Positions 27,101 through 38,769 of a stretch of 64,000 nucleotides of DNA are shown here, piece after piece. The stretch's first letter is position 1. Every line of letters begins with the position of its first letter. The notes under the pieces are model-generated. The model made no database searches. It saw only the letters and a list, made by a program, of their open reading frames with translations, and was not told the DNA's origin. Position numbers and translations under genes: made by a program. Location: positions 248,001-312,000 of the forward strand of contig MU053487.1 of NCBI GenBank assembly GCA_013239625.1, in the 5' to 3' direction. This DNA comes from Lama guanicoe. Its lineage: Eukaryota.

Positions 27101-27519
27101 GGTCGGTTTCAACCTCTCAAAATTAAACAAAATGAATGGCTGCTTGTACAGACAGCAGATACTAAACAAACTCTTGTTTGTAGGGAAATCACTGCATCTT
27201 AAAGCCTTCCTCAAAAGGAAACAGCCTAAGAGGGCAGTCCCCCAAATGAAAACCTTCACTTAGAGACAATCAAAAACCTAATTAAGTTAACGTGCGTTTC
27301 TCTCTTGCGGCTACTTTCACTTATGATAGAATTACTACTTAAATATCAAGCGATTAAAATTTGCAACAAGCAAAGGCTACAATGTAGAACAGAGTAGTAA
27401 CTGATACCAAAACCTTAGAGAGTGTTTTCAACAGAAGTCCTACCATTTCGTACACTGTATTCCAGCTCTACGTGGCTTGTGAATCACCTGAAGGAAATCA
27501 CCCCCAACTCAAGGCATCC

Positions 27520-28560
27520 TAACAGCGGAGCGCATTTTACAGTAAAAATGCAGCCCTCCAAAGCGGTCCCCCAGCCGGAGCCCGCGGGGCCGCCCTCCCT
27601 CGCCCGCTGCCGCGGTGGGCAAAGGCCCGCAGGGCTCCATGGCGCCGGGCAAAGGCCCAGGGTCGTGCAGGCCTTCCCCAAGGAGACAGAGGCTTCCGCC
27701 CGCCCGCCCGGCGCTCGTACCTCATGCTGTAGGCGCCGGCGCCCAGCTCCTGCCCAATGCCCGAGAGGCTGGCGTCGAAGTCGTGCACCAGCCCGGACTC
27801 AATCACCTCGTCCATCTTGAGCACCCAGGCCATCTTCCGGCCTCGCCGCCGCCCGGCGCGTAGAGCGGCCTCCGCGAGCGGGGCGAAGGGGCCGGAGCTC
27901 CGCGGGCGCTTCCTGGGGGAGGGCGCGGGTGAAGCCTCCGGCGGCGCGGCGAGTGGTCACCAGCGGCGGCCCGGGTTAAGGCCGGGAGGAGAGCAGCCGG
28001 GGCCCCGCGGGCAGGACGCGGAGAGCCCGGCAAGCAGCTGCAGCGGGAGCGGCCGGGCTGCCGGCAGCGCCTCCCTCCCGCGGGCGCCGGCCCCGCGCCT
28101 CTTGCCGCCGCCGCCGCCCACCCCACGCGCCACTAGCGCTGCCGCCGCCGCCGGCCGCCCCGCCCCGAGGCCCCCGGCCACATCCTCCCCGGGACCGCGC
28201 GGGGCGGGAGCCTGGCCCGCCCGTCACCCGACCCCCAGCCTCGACCCCCGGCCCTCGGCCCGACCGCCCCGGCTCTAGCCCCTCGCCGCCCCGGCCAACC
28301 CCGCCGACGCCGCTCCGCCGGCCCGGACGCTGGCTTCAATAAGGTTCCGGCTCGAGCTCCCTGGCCGCTTCCGCCTCCTCCGGCCCCGCCCCGGCCGCGG
28401 CCCCGCCCCCGCGCTCGCCCTGGGCCCAGGCCCGCCCCGTCCCGCCCCGCCCCGCGCCGCGCCGCGCTTCACGGCAGTCCCAGCCCGAGCGGCCTGGCGG
28501 TCTCCCCGCACCCCAGCCCAGGAAGAGGCGGTGCCAAAAGGGCCTTCCGTTTCCGCTCAT
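27520..28560. promoter_or_regulatory. UBP1: CpG island / UBP1 promoter and 5' UTR
   Basis: Sharp GC- and CpG-rich block in AT-rich surroundings, covering exon 1; many GC boxes (CCCCGCCCC, 28380-28455) and ETS-like CTTCCG. Exact TSS cannot be determined from sequence. Confidence 0.93.
27721..27833 (-). CDS. UBP1: UBP1 coding exon 1 (113 nt coding, start codon)
   Basis: [37 protein letters not shown](S); strong Kozak AAGATGG; donor GTACGA. The N-terminus, the exon-8 insert and adjacency to CLASP2 favour UBP1 over TFCP2/TFCP2L1. Confidence 0.96.
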
Positions 28561-28654
28561 CCAGAAAGGCGGGCTGATTGACAGGCTAACTGAACAATAA
28601 TAGCAAGTGCCTAGTGGAGGTTCCCGTGAGTCTCTGTGCCCCTGTACTAAACAA

Positions 28655-28926
28655 CCAATCATAATCTTCTTCCTCTTGGGCGGGCTCGAGGACAGAATTT
28701 ACTGCCAAAAGAAAGAGTTCATTGGACTGCACCTGAGGAAGCCGCCCTAAACACCACTTCTGGACGTGCTTCGATCCCGTGTGGTCCTTCTGGGTAGTTT
28801 CTGGATTTTGCCCACAGTAGAGGTGGGGAGATTGGTTGTGAGTCTTAGCCAATAAGCTCACACCCTGTCTGGAGGCTGAAAGGCCCATTGGGCAAAAAGT
28901 CTTGATTGACGTGAGTGCAAGCCAAT
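28655..28926. promoter_or_regulatory. Cluster of six CCAAT boxes with a CRE-like site and a GC box
   Basis: CCAAT at 28655, 28849, 28922; ATTGG at 28721, 28831, 28887; TGACGTGA 28907-28914; GGGCGG 28678-28683. Confidence 0.6.
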
Positions 28927-29059
28927 CAACGCTCCCGGGAAAGGGCTCCGTGAAGTTCCCTCAACTGCAAATCCCTGTGAGTAGTATGGCGAGCTTGAGT
29001 TAAGGGTGGAGTTCAGTCGCAGGAACAGACAGCAGTTGTTATTGCTGTTGTTACTGTTC

Positions 29060-30945
29060 GTGGTTCTGGAGTTCACTGGGCTTAGGTGACTGTCACCCAG
29101 GGTATGTTCTATGGGTGCAGTCATATTGCTGGGGCTAAAGTCAGATCAGGGCCTTCCATACTCATAATTATTGCCTGATGCTGGCTGTGGACTAGGCCCC
29201 AGTTGGAGCTGTTGGAATTCCCACACATGGCCTTCCCGTGTGGCCTTGACCTCCTCACAGCGCGGCAGTTGGGTTCCAAAAGCAAGTGTCCCAAAAGTCA
29301 AGAAGTAGAAGTTGCTAGTTTTTTAGGACAACGGTTGTTTATACTGGATCAAACTTCCCTCAGGCTCCTGACCTCCTAGAATCCTGCTAAGTCAGTTTAG
29401 GAACCCTGTGCCTCCATATCTCATCTGGTTCCTTAACCTCCACCATGGCATAGGTGATTCCTGATCACATACAGTTGCCTGCCTTCAACAAGAATCCTGT
29501 TAGGTGGGTTCTACCAGAAACCCCCTTACCCTTGATGTTTCCTCTTAGTAACTTTCCATCCACTGACCCTACCCAGCTCCTTGGCTCTAAATCCCCACTT
29601 ACCCATGCTGTATTTGAAGTTGAGCCCAGTGCCCCCCACTGCAAAATCCCGTTGCCATGGTCCCTATATCTATAGTCTGCCTTACCATCTTCAACAACTC
29701 TCCATTTTTTTTTTCAACTGGAATCAAACTGATACAGAAGCTTTACTCTGCATTATATTCTGTTAGTCAAGCAGCCACAGAATCAGATTGATGGGAGGAG
29801 AGTTGAATGTTTTAAAACTTCCCAAATCCACCCTCTGGCCACAAATGTTTTACATTCTTTCCACATGCAGCACACACTTCTTTCTCCCCAGACCCCTGCA
29901 AAATTCTCCTTCTATTACAGCATTAAGGTCCAGAATCTTGTGAGGTCCTGGAGCAGATGAGGCTCTTGGATGCAGTTCCTTGGGTGTTACTCAAATGTTT
30001 CCTTTCCATGTGAAGATCTGTGAATTCAAAAGACAAGTAGTCTGCACCAAGCACTACCACATACATCACATGCAATGATGAGGGAGGCACAGAAAACTGG
30101 GCCTTTATAGGCATTTCCCTTCAGAGAGGAGAGAAATGGAAGGCACACAGCAGATGCTAGTCCATAGAAATTCTGAAATCTAATAGGTAAATATTGCCGG
30201 TTCCTTGATTAGGACTCTGTCGACTTTCTGGGAGTACTCAGGGGCCCTTCCCTCCACCCACTGGACTCTTGGCTCCACTCTCATGAGTTATCCTTCCAGT
30301 TCCATAAAAAAGTAGCCCATGTTTACAGCTAAATTGTTTTCTCAGCTGCTTCCTGTCTGTAGTTGTGCAGGAGTCCAAAGACCTCTCTTCACATTGTACT
30401 GTCACTGTCCCTTTCAGTCCAAGCTAATACAATTCATTTTAAACTTTGTGTGTTTATTGTGAATCAATTTATAATCTAGTCCAATAAATAAAAACTACAC
30501 CAACACATATGTTGGGGAAGGAGGGGCAGCTGAGCTGTATTGTTCTGGTTCAAGGTTTCTCTTAAGGTTACAGTCACAATATCAGCTGGGGCTGCAGTTG
30601 GGAAGGCTTCACTAGGGCAGGAGGATCCACTTCCAAGCTTGCCTGCATGACCACTGGCCAGAAGCCTCAGTGCTTTGACATTTCGGACCACAAGAAGACC
30701 ACAAGAAATTTTGAGTGTCTTCAAAACTTGGCCTTGGCACCTCCCAGAGTAGGTAAAGCAAGAGAGGAAAGAGATGGCAGTGCCTGTTATGATGTGATCT
30801 CCAGGAGTCACACACCATCCCTTTCACTTTATTTCTGTTTCATAGAAGCAAGTCATTCAGTCCAGCCTTTGATCAAAAAGAATTAGTCTGCATTTTTTGA
30901 AGGAATGAGTATCAGAGAACTTGTGGACATATTTTTAAATCAGAA
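29060..30945 (-). mobile_element. Old MaLR (MLT1) relic: LTR, internal sequence, second LTR piece
   Basis: MLT1-like antisense LTR text at ~29060-29330 and ~29718-29820, MLT-int-like CCACCCTCTGGCCACAAA...CCACATGCA from ~29825, and another LTR-like block at ~30500-30945. Confidence 0.6.
29340..29717 (+). mobile_element. MER31-like ERV1 solo LTR nested in the MLT1 LTR
   Basis: CCTGCCTTCAACAAGAATCCTGTTAGG...GATGTTTCCTCTTAGTAACTTTCCATCCACTGACCC...GTTGAGCCCA resembles MER31. Confidence 0.7.
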
Positions 30946-30959
30946 CAGCTACATTCATC

Positions 30960-32185
30960 ATTATCACTTAATAGGTTTTGAAGGCACTAAAACAGCATGA
31001 TTAGATCATAAAATGGAAAGAAGGAGGTTAAAATTATCACCATTTATAGACTGTATGCCTGGAAATCTCATGAGAAACAAGTAAAAATTTAATAACATTG
31101 CATACACCATGAATAAGTATTCATAAATCAATAGCATTATATAAACAAACAGGTTTGAAAAAATAATGAAAAGATCAATTTATAATAGGATTTTAAAAGA
31201 TAAAATATCTAGGAACTAATCCAATAAGAAGTGTAAAGAACTATGGGAGCAAAAGTTTAAAGTTCTCAAAACAACCACAAAAATACATTGAAAATAATAA
31301 ATACTACATCCAATATTATAATGGAAGATCTCCTTAAGCTAACAAATAAATTTAATATCATCCCAGTAAAAATACTAATAGAATTGTTTTTAACTGGACA
31401 AATCGATTCTAAGATTAATATGGAAAATTAAATGAGCAAAAATAATCCAAAAAATTAGAAAAAGCCAAAAAATATTGACACTATAAAACCTAAATGTATG
31501 AAAGAGTGTGTGTTGGTGAATGAACAAAACAGCAAGGGAAGAGGATGAAAAATCTGGAAAATCTAGATCAATATACATATGGAAATTTATTATGCAGTAA
31601 AAACTGACCTCTCAAATCAGTGGAGCGTATTCAATAAATAGTTTGGGAATCAATTTTAACCGTCTGTAAAAGATACCAAAATTAATTCTAAGCATCTTGA
31701 AGTCTGGTTTGTTTTTTTTCCAGCAAAATGTTTAAAAGGATAAAAAGCAAAATTATAAAACACTAGAAGAAAATATGGGACAATAATTTTAGATACTCAG
31801 GGAGCAAAACGCTTTTAAAATTATGACACAAAATCTAGAAATCTTAAGAGACTGACAACACAAAAAGATTTTACTTTCTTCATAGCAAATACCACCATAA
31901 GAAAAATCAAAAGAGAATTAAAAAAAAAACCTATTTAGAACTTGGGTGATGGACAAAAGCTTTATTCCCCTAAAATATAAAGAGTTCCCTACAAAAAGAT
32001 GAAACAAAGTACAGTGAAATAAAAATTTACTTTCTTCATAGTAAATGGCACCATAAGCAAAATCAAAAGAGCACAGAAAAAAACCCAAACCTATTTAGAA
32101 CTTAGATCATGGACAAAACTTTTATTTCCCTAGTATATAAAAATAAAGAGTCCCTGTAAGTAGATTAAACAAGTAGTGTGAAAAT
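30960..32185 (+). mobile_element. Ancient L1 ORF2 remnant with internal tandem duplication
   Basis: AAAATATCTAGGAACTAATCCAATAAGAAGTGTAAAGA, GATTCTAAGATTAATATGGAAA, CACTAGAAGAAAATATGGGA; duplicated unit at ~31862-32184. Confidence 0.7.
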
Positions 32186-32794
32186 GGCATTTGTATACTG
32201 TCACTCCAAAGAATATACAAACTGAAGTACATCTTTGAGATACACCCACACAGAAACTTTCACTGAAAAGAACAACTAAGTTAAGGGGCTGCCTCTTGCA
32301 GAATGATCTTAAAACCTCACCACTAGAATTTTATGTTGCCAATAAAGGTGAAGATTAACCACAACTGAAGAACACTATTTGCTATTTTGCAAAGTTGTGA
32401 ATGAAGCTGCTACAGCTCTCGACAGAAAGGCGCTATGGCCATGGTCAATGATCCCAGACATAGCACTGTCTCTCCATTAGATGTGACCCTGGGGATCAGC
32501 CAAGGAACAGCTGCTCTTCTTACAGACCCTCATCCAATCAGGGCTTAGAAACAGCTAATGAATAGGAAGAATGAGGTCCTGATAGAGGAAATCAGGCCTT
32601 TAAGAAACACTCACATTTGAGCCCTGGATTCAATAGTGCACAGCAATTAATCTTTCCTTAAGAAAAATCAGTGAAAAATGGCATGATTTTCAAAGCTAAC
32701 GAGTTAGCAGACACTTTCTGTGTGATGGTCCATGGGCTGCTTCACTGTTTCAAAACATGCATCCTTTCAGATTCTCTGGTAAGAGGTTCATGGA

Positions 32795-33148
32795 TGCTAC
32801 TGTCTGAATGTTTGTTTTCCCTCAAAATTCATATGTTGAAAACTAACCCTCAAAGTGATGGTAGTAGGAGGTGGGGCCTTTGGGAGGGTGATTAGGTAAT
32901 GAGAGCAGAGCTTTGAATGGGTTAAGTACTCTTATTAAAAAGAGACCCCCACAGAGCTCCCTAGGCTTCTGCCATATGAGTATACAATGAGAAGTCTGCA
33001 ACCCAGGAGAGGGCCCTCTCCTGTCTGGGTGCTCCCCCTCCCCCCATTTCAGGTTTCTAGCGTCTGGAATTGTGAAAGATGAATTCTGTGGTTTATAAGC
33101 CACCCAGGCTGTGGTACGTTGTTAGAGCAGCCTGAAGAGATGAAGACA
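32795..33148 (+). mobile_element. MLT1A-like MaLR solo LTR, full length
   Basis: TG...CA ends (TGCTACTGTCTGAATGTTTG ... GAAGACA), MLT1A-like core, 5-bp flanks ATGGA / ATGGG. Confidence 0.88.
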
Positions 33149-33234
33149 ATGGGGTGTTCGGTACAACTTTGGGACAGGTGGAGGTTTTGGGAAAGCCAAC
33201 GCTCAGTACCCAGTGAGCCAGAGTCCCTCAGGTC

Positions 33235-33670
33235 TTGCTATGTAACCAGCCATTTCAGAATTTAGGGACTTAAAATAAGCACCATTTACTTAGCTCAAGC
33301 TTCTGTGGGTCAGAAATTTAGCTGGGCTCAGTTAGGCAACTCTTGTGAGCTTAGCGAGGGTTCCTCATGCACCTGCAATCAGTCGTGGCGTGGCCTTGCT
33401 AACCTTGGCTGGCCCTCTCCTACCTCCAGGGTTCGGCTGGGACTGTGGGGCATAGCCCCCATCCTCTGGCAAGCCAGCTCTGCCTTATACTTCTGGTGGT
33501 TGAATGAGTTCCAGGAGAGAACAGGGCAGTGTGAGGCCTCGGCCTAGAACTTGAGCACCATCATTCTGCTCAAATCTCTTGGCCAACGTGAGTCATAAGA
33601 CCAGCCGAGATCCAGGGGATGCAGAAACAGCCTTTTGACAGGAGGAGATGCAAAATCGCAGAAATCATGT
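33235..33670 (-). mobile_element. Old MLT1 (H/I/J-like) LTR remnant
   Basis: TTGCTATGTAAC...CTTAAAATAAGCACCATTTACTTAGCTCA...TTCTGTGGGTCAGAAATTT. Confidence 0.55.
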
Positions 33671-34159
33671 GGATATAAATGCTGACAAGGAGCAAAGATG
33701 ATTTTTGTCTGCTGGCTCTAAAAAATGCTTCACCATGATAAAATGCACATTCCCCCCCCCCGATTCTCTTTTTGTTAAGGGAAATAGCAGAGGGATTGGA
33801 AAATTGTGGCCATTTTTGTGAAAAAAAAATACTATAACTGGGTAGGTAGGAAAATGTTTGAAATACTTCAAGTCAACTGAATATAAAACCAGCAAAATTT
33901 TATAGTTAACAGCAGTTAACTGGAACAGTTAACAATATGTTCATTCTGAGGTTAGTGGTTAATAAGATCATTAGGTGGGACTTGATAAAATTCCCTTTGC
34001 CTTTAAAATGGAAATGTTACCTTCCTGGTTCTGTATGTGCTTGGCGTGGGGGATGCCCTTCAACCAGATTCTGAGAACTGAAACTATGTGGGAGGAATAT
34101 GAACATCATGTAGACCACATAACCACAAGTAAGGACCAGGTACTCTTTTGAAAGTAAGA

Positions 34160-34400
34160 CAGTAGTTAGACTCTGTAGCTAGATTGCCTGGATTTGAATT
34201 CTAGCTCTGCCAATTATTGGTGTGCGATCTAGGACTAGTTACAGAATCTGTCTTTCGCTCAGGTTTCCTCATCTGTAAAATGGCAAAAATAGTATGTCTC
34301 CCTCATGGAGTTGTTGTGAGGATTAAATAAGTAATACACTGGCTGAGCATAAAACTCTACCTGGTTCCCAATAAGCATGATGTAAGTATTTGCTACTGTG
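34160..34400 (+). mobile_element. MIR SINE
   Basis: CCTGGATTTGAATTCTAGCTCTGCCA...GTTTCCTCATCTGTAAAATGG...GTTGTTGTGAGGATTAAATAAG core. Confidence 0.85.
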
Positions 34401-35340
34401 TGTAATCTCTGAGGAGCTGTTAGTCTCTGACCTAGCCCATCAACAAGAGTGAGCTGACCACTGTGCCCTGGATAAGTGGACACCTCAAACGCAGATATTG
34501 CTCATAGTGTCTTTGACCATGTTGTAAAACTCACAAAGGATGAAATGTTATTTGATTGTATGTGACTGTGGACCGTCTACAGCTTACAGTCGTGTCACTG
34601 AGACACCCCAGTCAACTGGCAGTTTCTTCAATATTTTACTTGTTCATGACTGAAAGTTTTACTCTGGAGAACTGTGGAACTGGTAATCCATATGCTTCCA
34701 AATTTCCTTTATCTTGAGGAGAACAGAACAGGGATTTTTCTTTTTTCTAGGCAAATTTAATACAAAATTGGGCTTCTCCAAAAAACTTAATGGCCTTTCT
34801 TATTTTTTTCTTGACTAGGTATTTAAAATTTTAAAAGACCTACAGAAAAGCTGAAAGAGGAGGAAAAATGTCACCTATATATTCTTAACTCACATACCTG
34901 ACTATTATTAATGTTTTGTTATATTTGCTTTTCCCTATCTAATGTTTTAGGCATGGGCATCACTAGATGCAGCCTAGGGTTCTCAGGGCATGAATAAGGA
35001 AAAGCTGAAGGTATAGATCCTCTTTCTTTGTCTATTTACATTCATGCTCCAGATTACAAAAGCCTTAAACTCAAGGCTCTCTTGATAGTAGGGTGATGAT
35101 CCTGATGTAAGTGGCACTTAAGAAGTTCAAGTCTCCTACCTTGAAACAGGAAAGATGACCCCGGAAAACGGTTCATTATATTCAAAAACAACACAATTCC
35201 ATTCATCTCAACGTGGCTATTGTTAGATTTCTATAGCTGCTGTAACAAATTGCTAACTAGGTGGCGTAAAATAACACAAATGTATTCCCTTAAGTTCTGG
35301 GGGCCAGAAGAATGAAATCAATGTCACTGGGCTGAATTTA

Positions 35341-35570
35341 GCTTCCATTTCAGATGGTTCTTTATTGAAGCAAATCAATACTGCCCATAGTTGTACAGGC
35401 AGTTACTGACCTGCAAATGCCTCTTTCTGTTTCCCAATAACCAGAATACCAGAAGTAATTTGCTTTCATCCGGCAGGGATAACAGTACACGTCCACTTTT
35501 CTTAGAGGTACATCAACTCTTGGGGTCAATGTCCCTGTTTAGTTTGCAGGAACTGTGATCACTTCATTAT
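35341..35570 (+). mobile_element. ERVL-class pol relic, reverse-transcriptase domain (frameshifted)
   Basis: Hand translation across shifts: SLLKQINTA / AVTDL / ANASFCFPI / QK*FAFIRQG*QYTSTFL / YINSWGQC, collinear with recalled ERVL RT (SLLEQINT..AIDLANAFF..QKQFAFSWQGQQYTFTVLPQGYINS). Confidence 0.75.
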
Positions 35571-36689
35571 TTAACAGGTCTATACTGATTCACAACAGTG
35601 ACTAAGTTGTGATGGTTAAAACAGCAAGCAGATGACTTTTAGATGAACCTTCGGCAAAGCATGGTTGATACTGATAAACAGCAGGCTAAATTTGTAGTAT
35701 TATTAGATTAAGCAGTGCTCAACTCTTTTCTTGTGGTACTTAACTTTAAAAATGGGCCTGCACAAGAGATTGTGATTCTGGAAGGCAATGTAGAAGCTGC
35801 AACTTTTCAAGTAATCCATGGCTAGCTCAGCCCATGGACAATTAGATTTTTCAAGCAAAGACAATTATTTTCAACTCAGGGTTTCAGAAGGAGTCACCTT
35901 GTGGGGGTATTTTCCACACATCTCACTGGACTGGAAGTCGATTTTTGGAATGATTCTTTTATGTAAGAAGGATTGCAGAACAGAATCTCAGTACTTAAGT
36001 GTCCCAGAACTGTGCACAGATAATTCCCAGATATGAAAGAAAAATCTCAGACAAGTTAGATTGTGAGCACTTGTCATAGTCTTCTCTCACATTTGATAGC
36101 AAGGGAATCAGGAAAAAAAAAAAACAAACCCTGGCTTCTCAAATATTCTTAAAGGGAGGTTCTCTTGGAATAAAGAATAATTTTATAGAGGGTTGGCAAG
36201 CTGTCACATTATTTTTAGTCACACTGTAGCCTTTTAATAAACTGGCAAGTTAAATCTGGGTCATAATGACCTAGGGCCATTTTCCAAAAATGTTGAATAA
36301 CGTAGTTCTGTACTGTCTTGAATGTGGGGTATTTTTCCTTCTCTGTTCTTCCTTTTGGCCAAAATACTCTATTAGGCTGTCTTGGCCCCATGAAGATTGT
36401 CCTTATGGATCTTTTTGTGCTAGGATAATTAATTGCGATTGTTGATGCATCCATTTTGTTTGTTTTTGCTCTTGGTTTTAATTTTTACATTTTCATAGGA
36501 TGGGGATATCAGACAAAGGCTAATGAAGAACAGTTATTAACACAGCTATATTTTAATATTTTTGCTTCTCGTACCCTGATGAGACAGGTGATTCACCAGT
36601 GCCCTTGAGTGTGTGTGCATATAAAATCATATACACATAACATATACATTCAATGTGTGTACATATGTTCACTCTAATCTCAGGCCACT

Positions 36690-36823
36690 TTTTATTTGTT
36701 TGTTTTGGAGGGGAGGTAATTAGGTTTATTTATTTGTTTATTTTTAATGGAGGTGCTGGGGATTGAACCCAGTGCCTCGTGCATGCTAAGCATGTGCTCT
36801 ACCCTTGAGCTGTACCCTCCCCC
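36690..36823 (-). mobile_element. tRNA-Ala-derived camelid-type SINE with TSD
   Basis: Antisense SINE flanked by CTCAGGCCACT at 36679-36689 and 36824-36834. Confidence 0.92.
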
Positions 36824-36960
36824 CTCAGGCCACTGTTCTTTCCCCACAAAAGGGATAAGCGGGTGTGTCACCTGAAGCTGTCCCCACAGGAAGGATTTTC
36901 TTTCCCTATTACCTTTCAAGGCTGCTCCTGAGTGACCGCAGTGTGCACCAGATACTAAGA
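36824..36960 (-). mobile_element. ERVL-class pol relic, RNase H region
   Basis: HSGAALKGNRERKSFLWGQLQVTHPLIPFVGKEQWPE, continuing WPEIRV past the SINE; resembles recalled ERVL SGTSLKDSGEGKSSQWAELRAVHLVVHFAWKEKWPDVR. Confidence 0.65.
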
Positions 36961-38261
36961 TGAAGCACCCACACACGAAGCCCAGGTGTGTCCCTGTTCC
37001 TACAGCCAGAAGTATAGGACCTCCACATGGCAGGTACTGGCCAGAAACGGGCTGACAGCTGGAGGCTGTGGGCTAACCACCCATCCTGCCACTGGTCAGC
37101 AAGTCCTTCCCCCTTCTTCCATCCTGGCTTCTTTCCTATTTAAAACAAGAACTGCAGTGAAACCTGGAACAGAGATATCAGGGAAGAAAGAGGAGAAGCA
37201 GAATCTACAAACTCTCTATTGTTCTGTTTCACTAGTGGATGTTTTCCTGGGTCTCTAAGCACTTTCCTTCAGTATGTGTTGGATGCTTTCTTTCACGAGT
37301 GGCATGGACCAATGAGACACTCAGAAGAAGCTGCCGTAGATAAAATGCTAACCCTGAAAGCAAATTGGGCTAGGACTCTGCAAGCAGTCAGTGCATTTGG
37401 TAAAGTAAATAGAAATGTCTTCCAAGTGAGAGGTAATGAAGGACTAAACCACCCTGTGTCTTTACTCACCCCTCTTCGTGGAGTGCTTGTCTCCTCTTCT
37501 TGAACATAACTTCACTGCATTTTTCAGGTTCCTGTGTAGTTTTGTGTGGCCATGTGACTGAGTTCTGACCAGTGGGATACTGGCAGGAGTGCAATGAGTT
37601 ACTTCCAGTCTTGGCCATTTCAAAACTCTCATGAGAGTCTTTGCATTCTCTTGTTCAGGCTGACAGATTCTGGTTGCCCTTAACATCCAGACCTGATGGA
37701 AAGAACTCGTCCCTGGAGATCTGGACTTTGGGGTGTATTGACCGGGACTTGGGGTTTTATCCCTTGCAGAAAGAGTGACTGCATTCTGTGGGCAGAATGA
37801 AGCTGTACACAGACACTGGGTGGCTGGAAAGGTGGATTGTAACAGATGAGCTATGTTACCAAACCAATTTCCTTTTGTCTAGGCACACAAAGTACAGTCC
37901 CGTCTCCCTTGCAAGGCTAGAGGTGGCTTTGTAATTATACCCATTCCAGCGAATGGAGCGCAGGTGGAAATACCTCTGCATCTTCCATGCCCGGCTGTTG
38001 AAATTCTCCCTTGTGACTGTCTATGCTCTTTCTTCCTTTACCATCTAGTCAGATGCAGAGTATTCCGCGGAGGACTGTGAAACCTAGGGGACGGAGGAGG
38101 CGCTGGACCACGGGAGCTGCATCCCTGAATGTTCCCGTGAAGCAGAGCCTGTGGCCAACCTGCATTACACGGTTCTATAAATGAAATAAATGCTTGTTTT
38201 CGAAAGCCACTGAAGTTCTGGAGATCTTTGCTAAAGCAGTTGACAGGTCTGTCCAACCACA

Positions 38262-38710
38262 GGTCTAGTGTCCTGTTGTGCTGTAACAAAATACTGGGTG
38301 GATTAAAACAACACAAATATATTATCTCACAGTTCTGGAGGTCAGAAATTCGAAATCAGTATCACTGGGCTAAAGTTAAAGTGTTGGCAGGGCTGCATTC
38401 CTTCTGGAGTGTCTTGGGAAGACTCCGATTCCTTGCCTGTTCCAGCTTCTGGAGGCTACCTGCATTCCTTGGTTCCTACCTCACTCTGACCTCTGGCCAT
38501 CAGACCTCCTTGTTTCACTCTGACTCTCCAGCCTCCTTTCACTTATGATGATTCTATTGGGCCCACCTGGATAACCCAGGCTCCTCGCCCTCTCTCAAGA
38601 TCCTTAAATTAGTCACATCTGCAAAGTTCCTTTTGCCACATTAGGTGACACATTCACAGGTTCCAGGGATTAGCACATGGACATCTTTGGGAGCCGTTAT
38701 TCCACTACTG
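38262..38710 (-). mobile_element. MLT1C/D-like MaLR solo LTR
   Basis: TTAAAACAACACAAATATATTATCTCACAGTTCTGGAGGTCAG...CACATCTGCAAAG...CATTCACAGGTTCCAGGGATTAG...GGACATCTTTGGG. Confidence 0.85.
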
Positions 38711-38769
38711 ATGAAATAAAATTATTTTAAGTGAGGAGAAGAAAATTTTAAAACATGAAATTCTCTCTG

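Noticed and set aside
28104..28152. (GCC)5 and (GCC)4 runs in the UBP1 leader
   Set aside because: Too short to indicate a repeat expansion; ordinary for GC-rich leaders.
27422..28662. Many overlapping Pro/Arg/Gly/Ala-rich ORFs on both strands
   Set aside because: Expected from stop-codon depletion in a CpG island; only 27721-27833 matches a known protein.
32185..32790. Non-repeat-looking intergenic block between similar GTGAAAA(A)TGGCAT motifs, possible processed pseudogene
   Set aside because: Translations gave no recognisable protein and no poly(A) tail; the flanking similarity may be chance.
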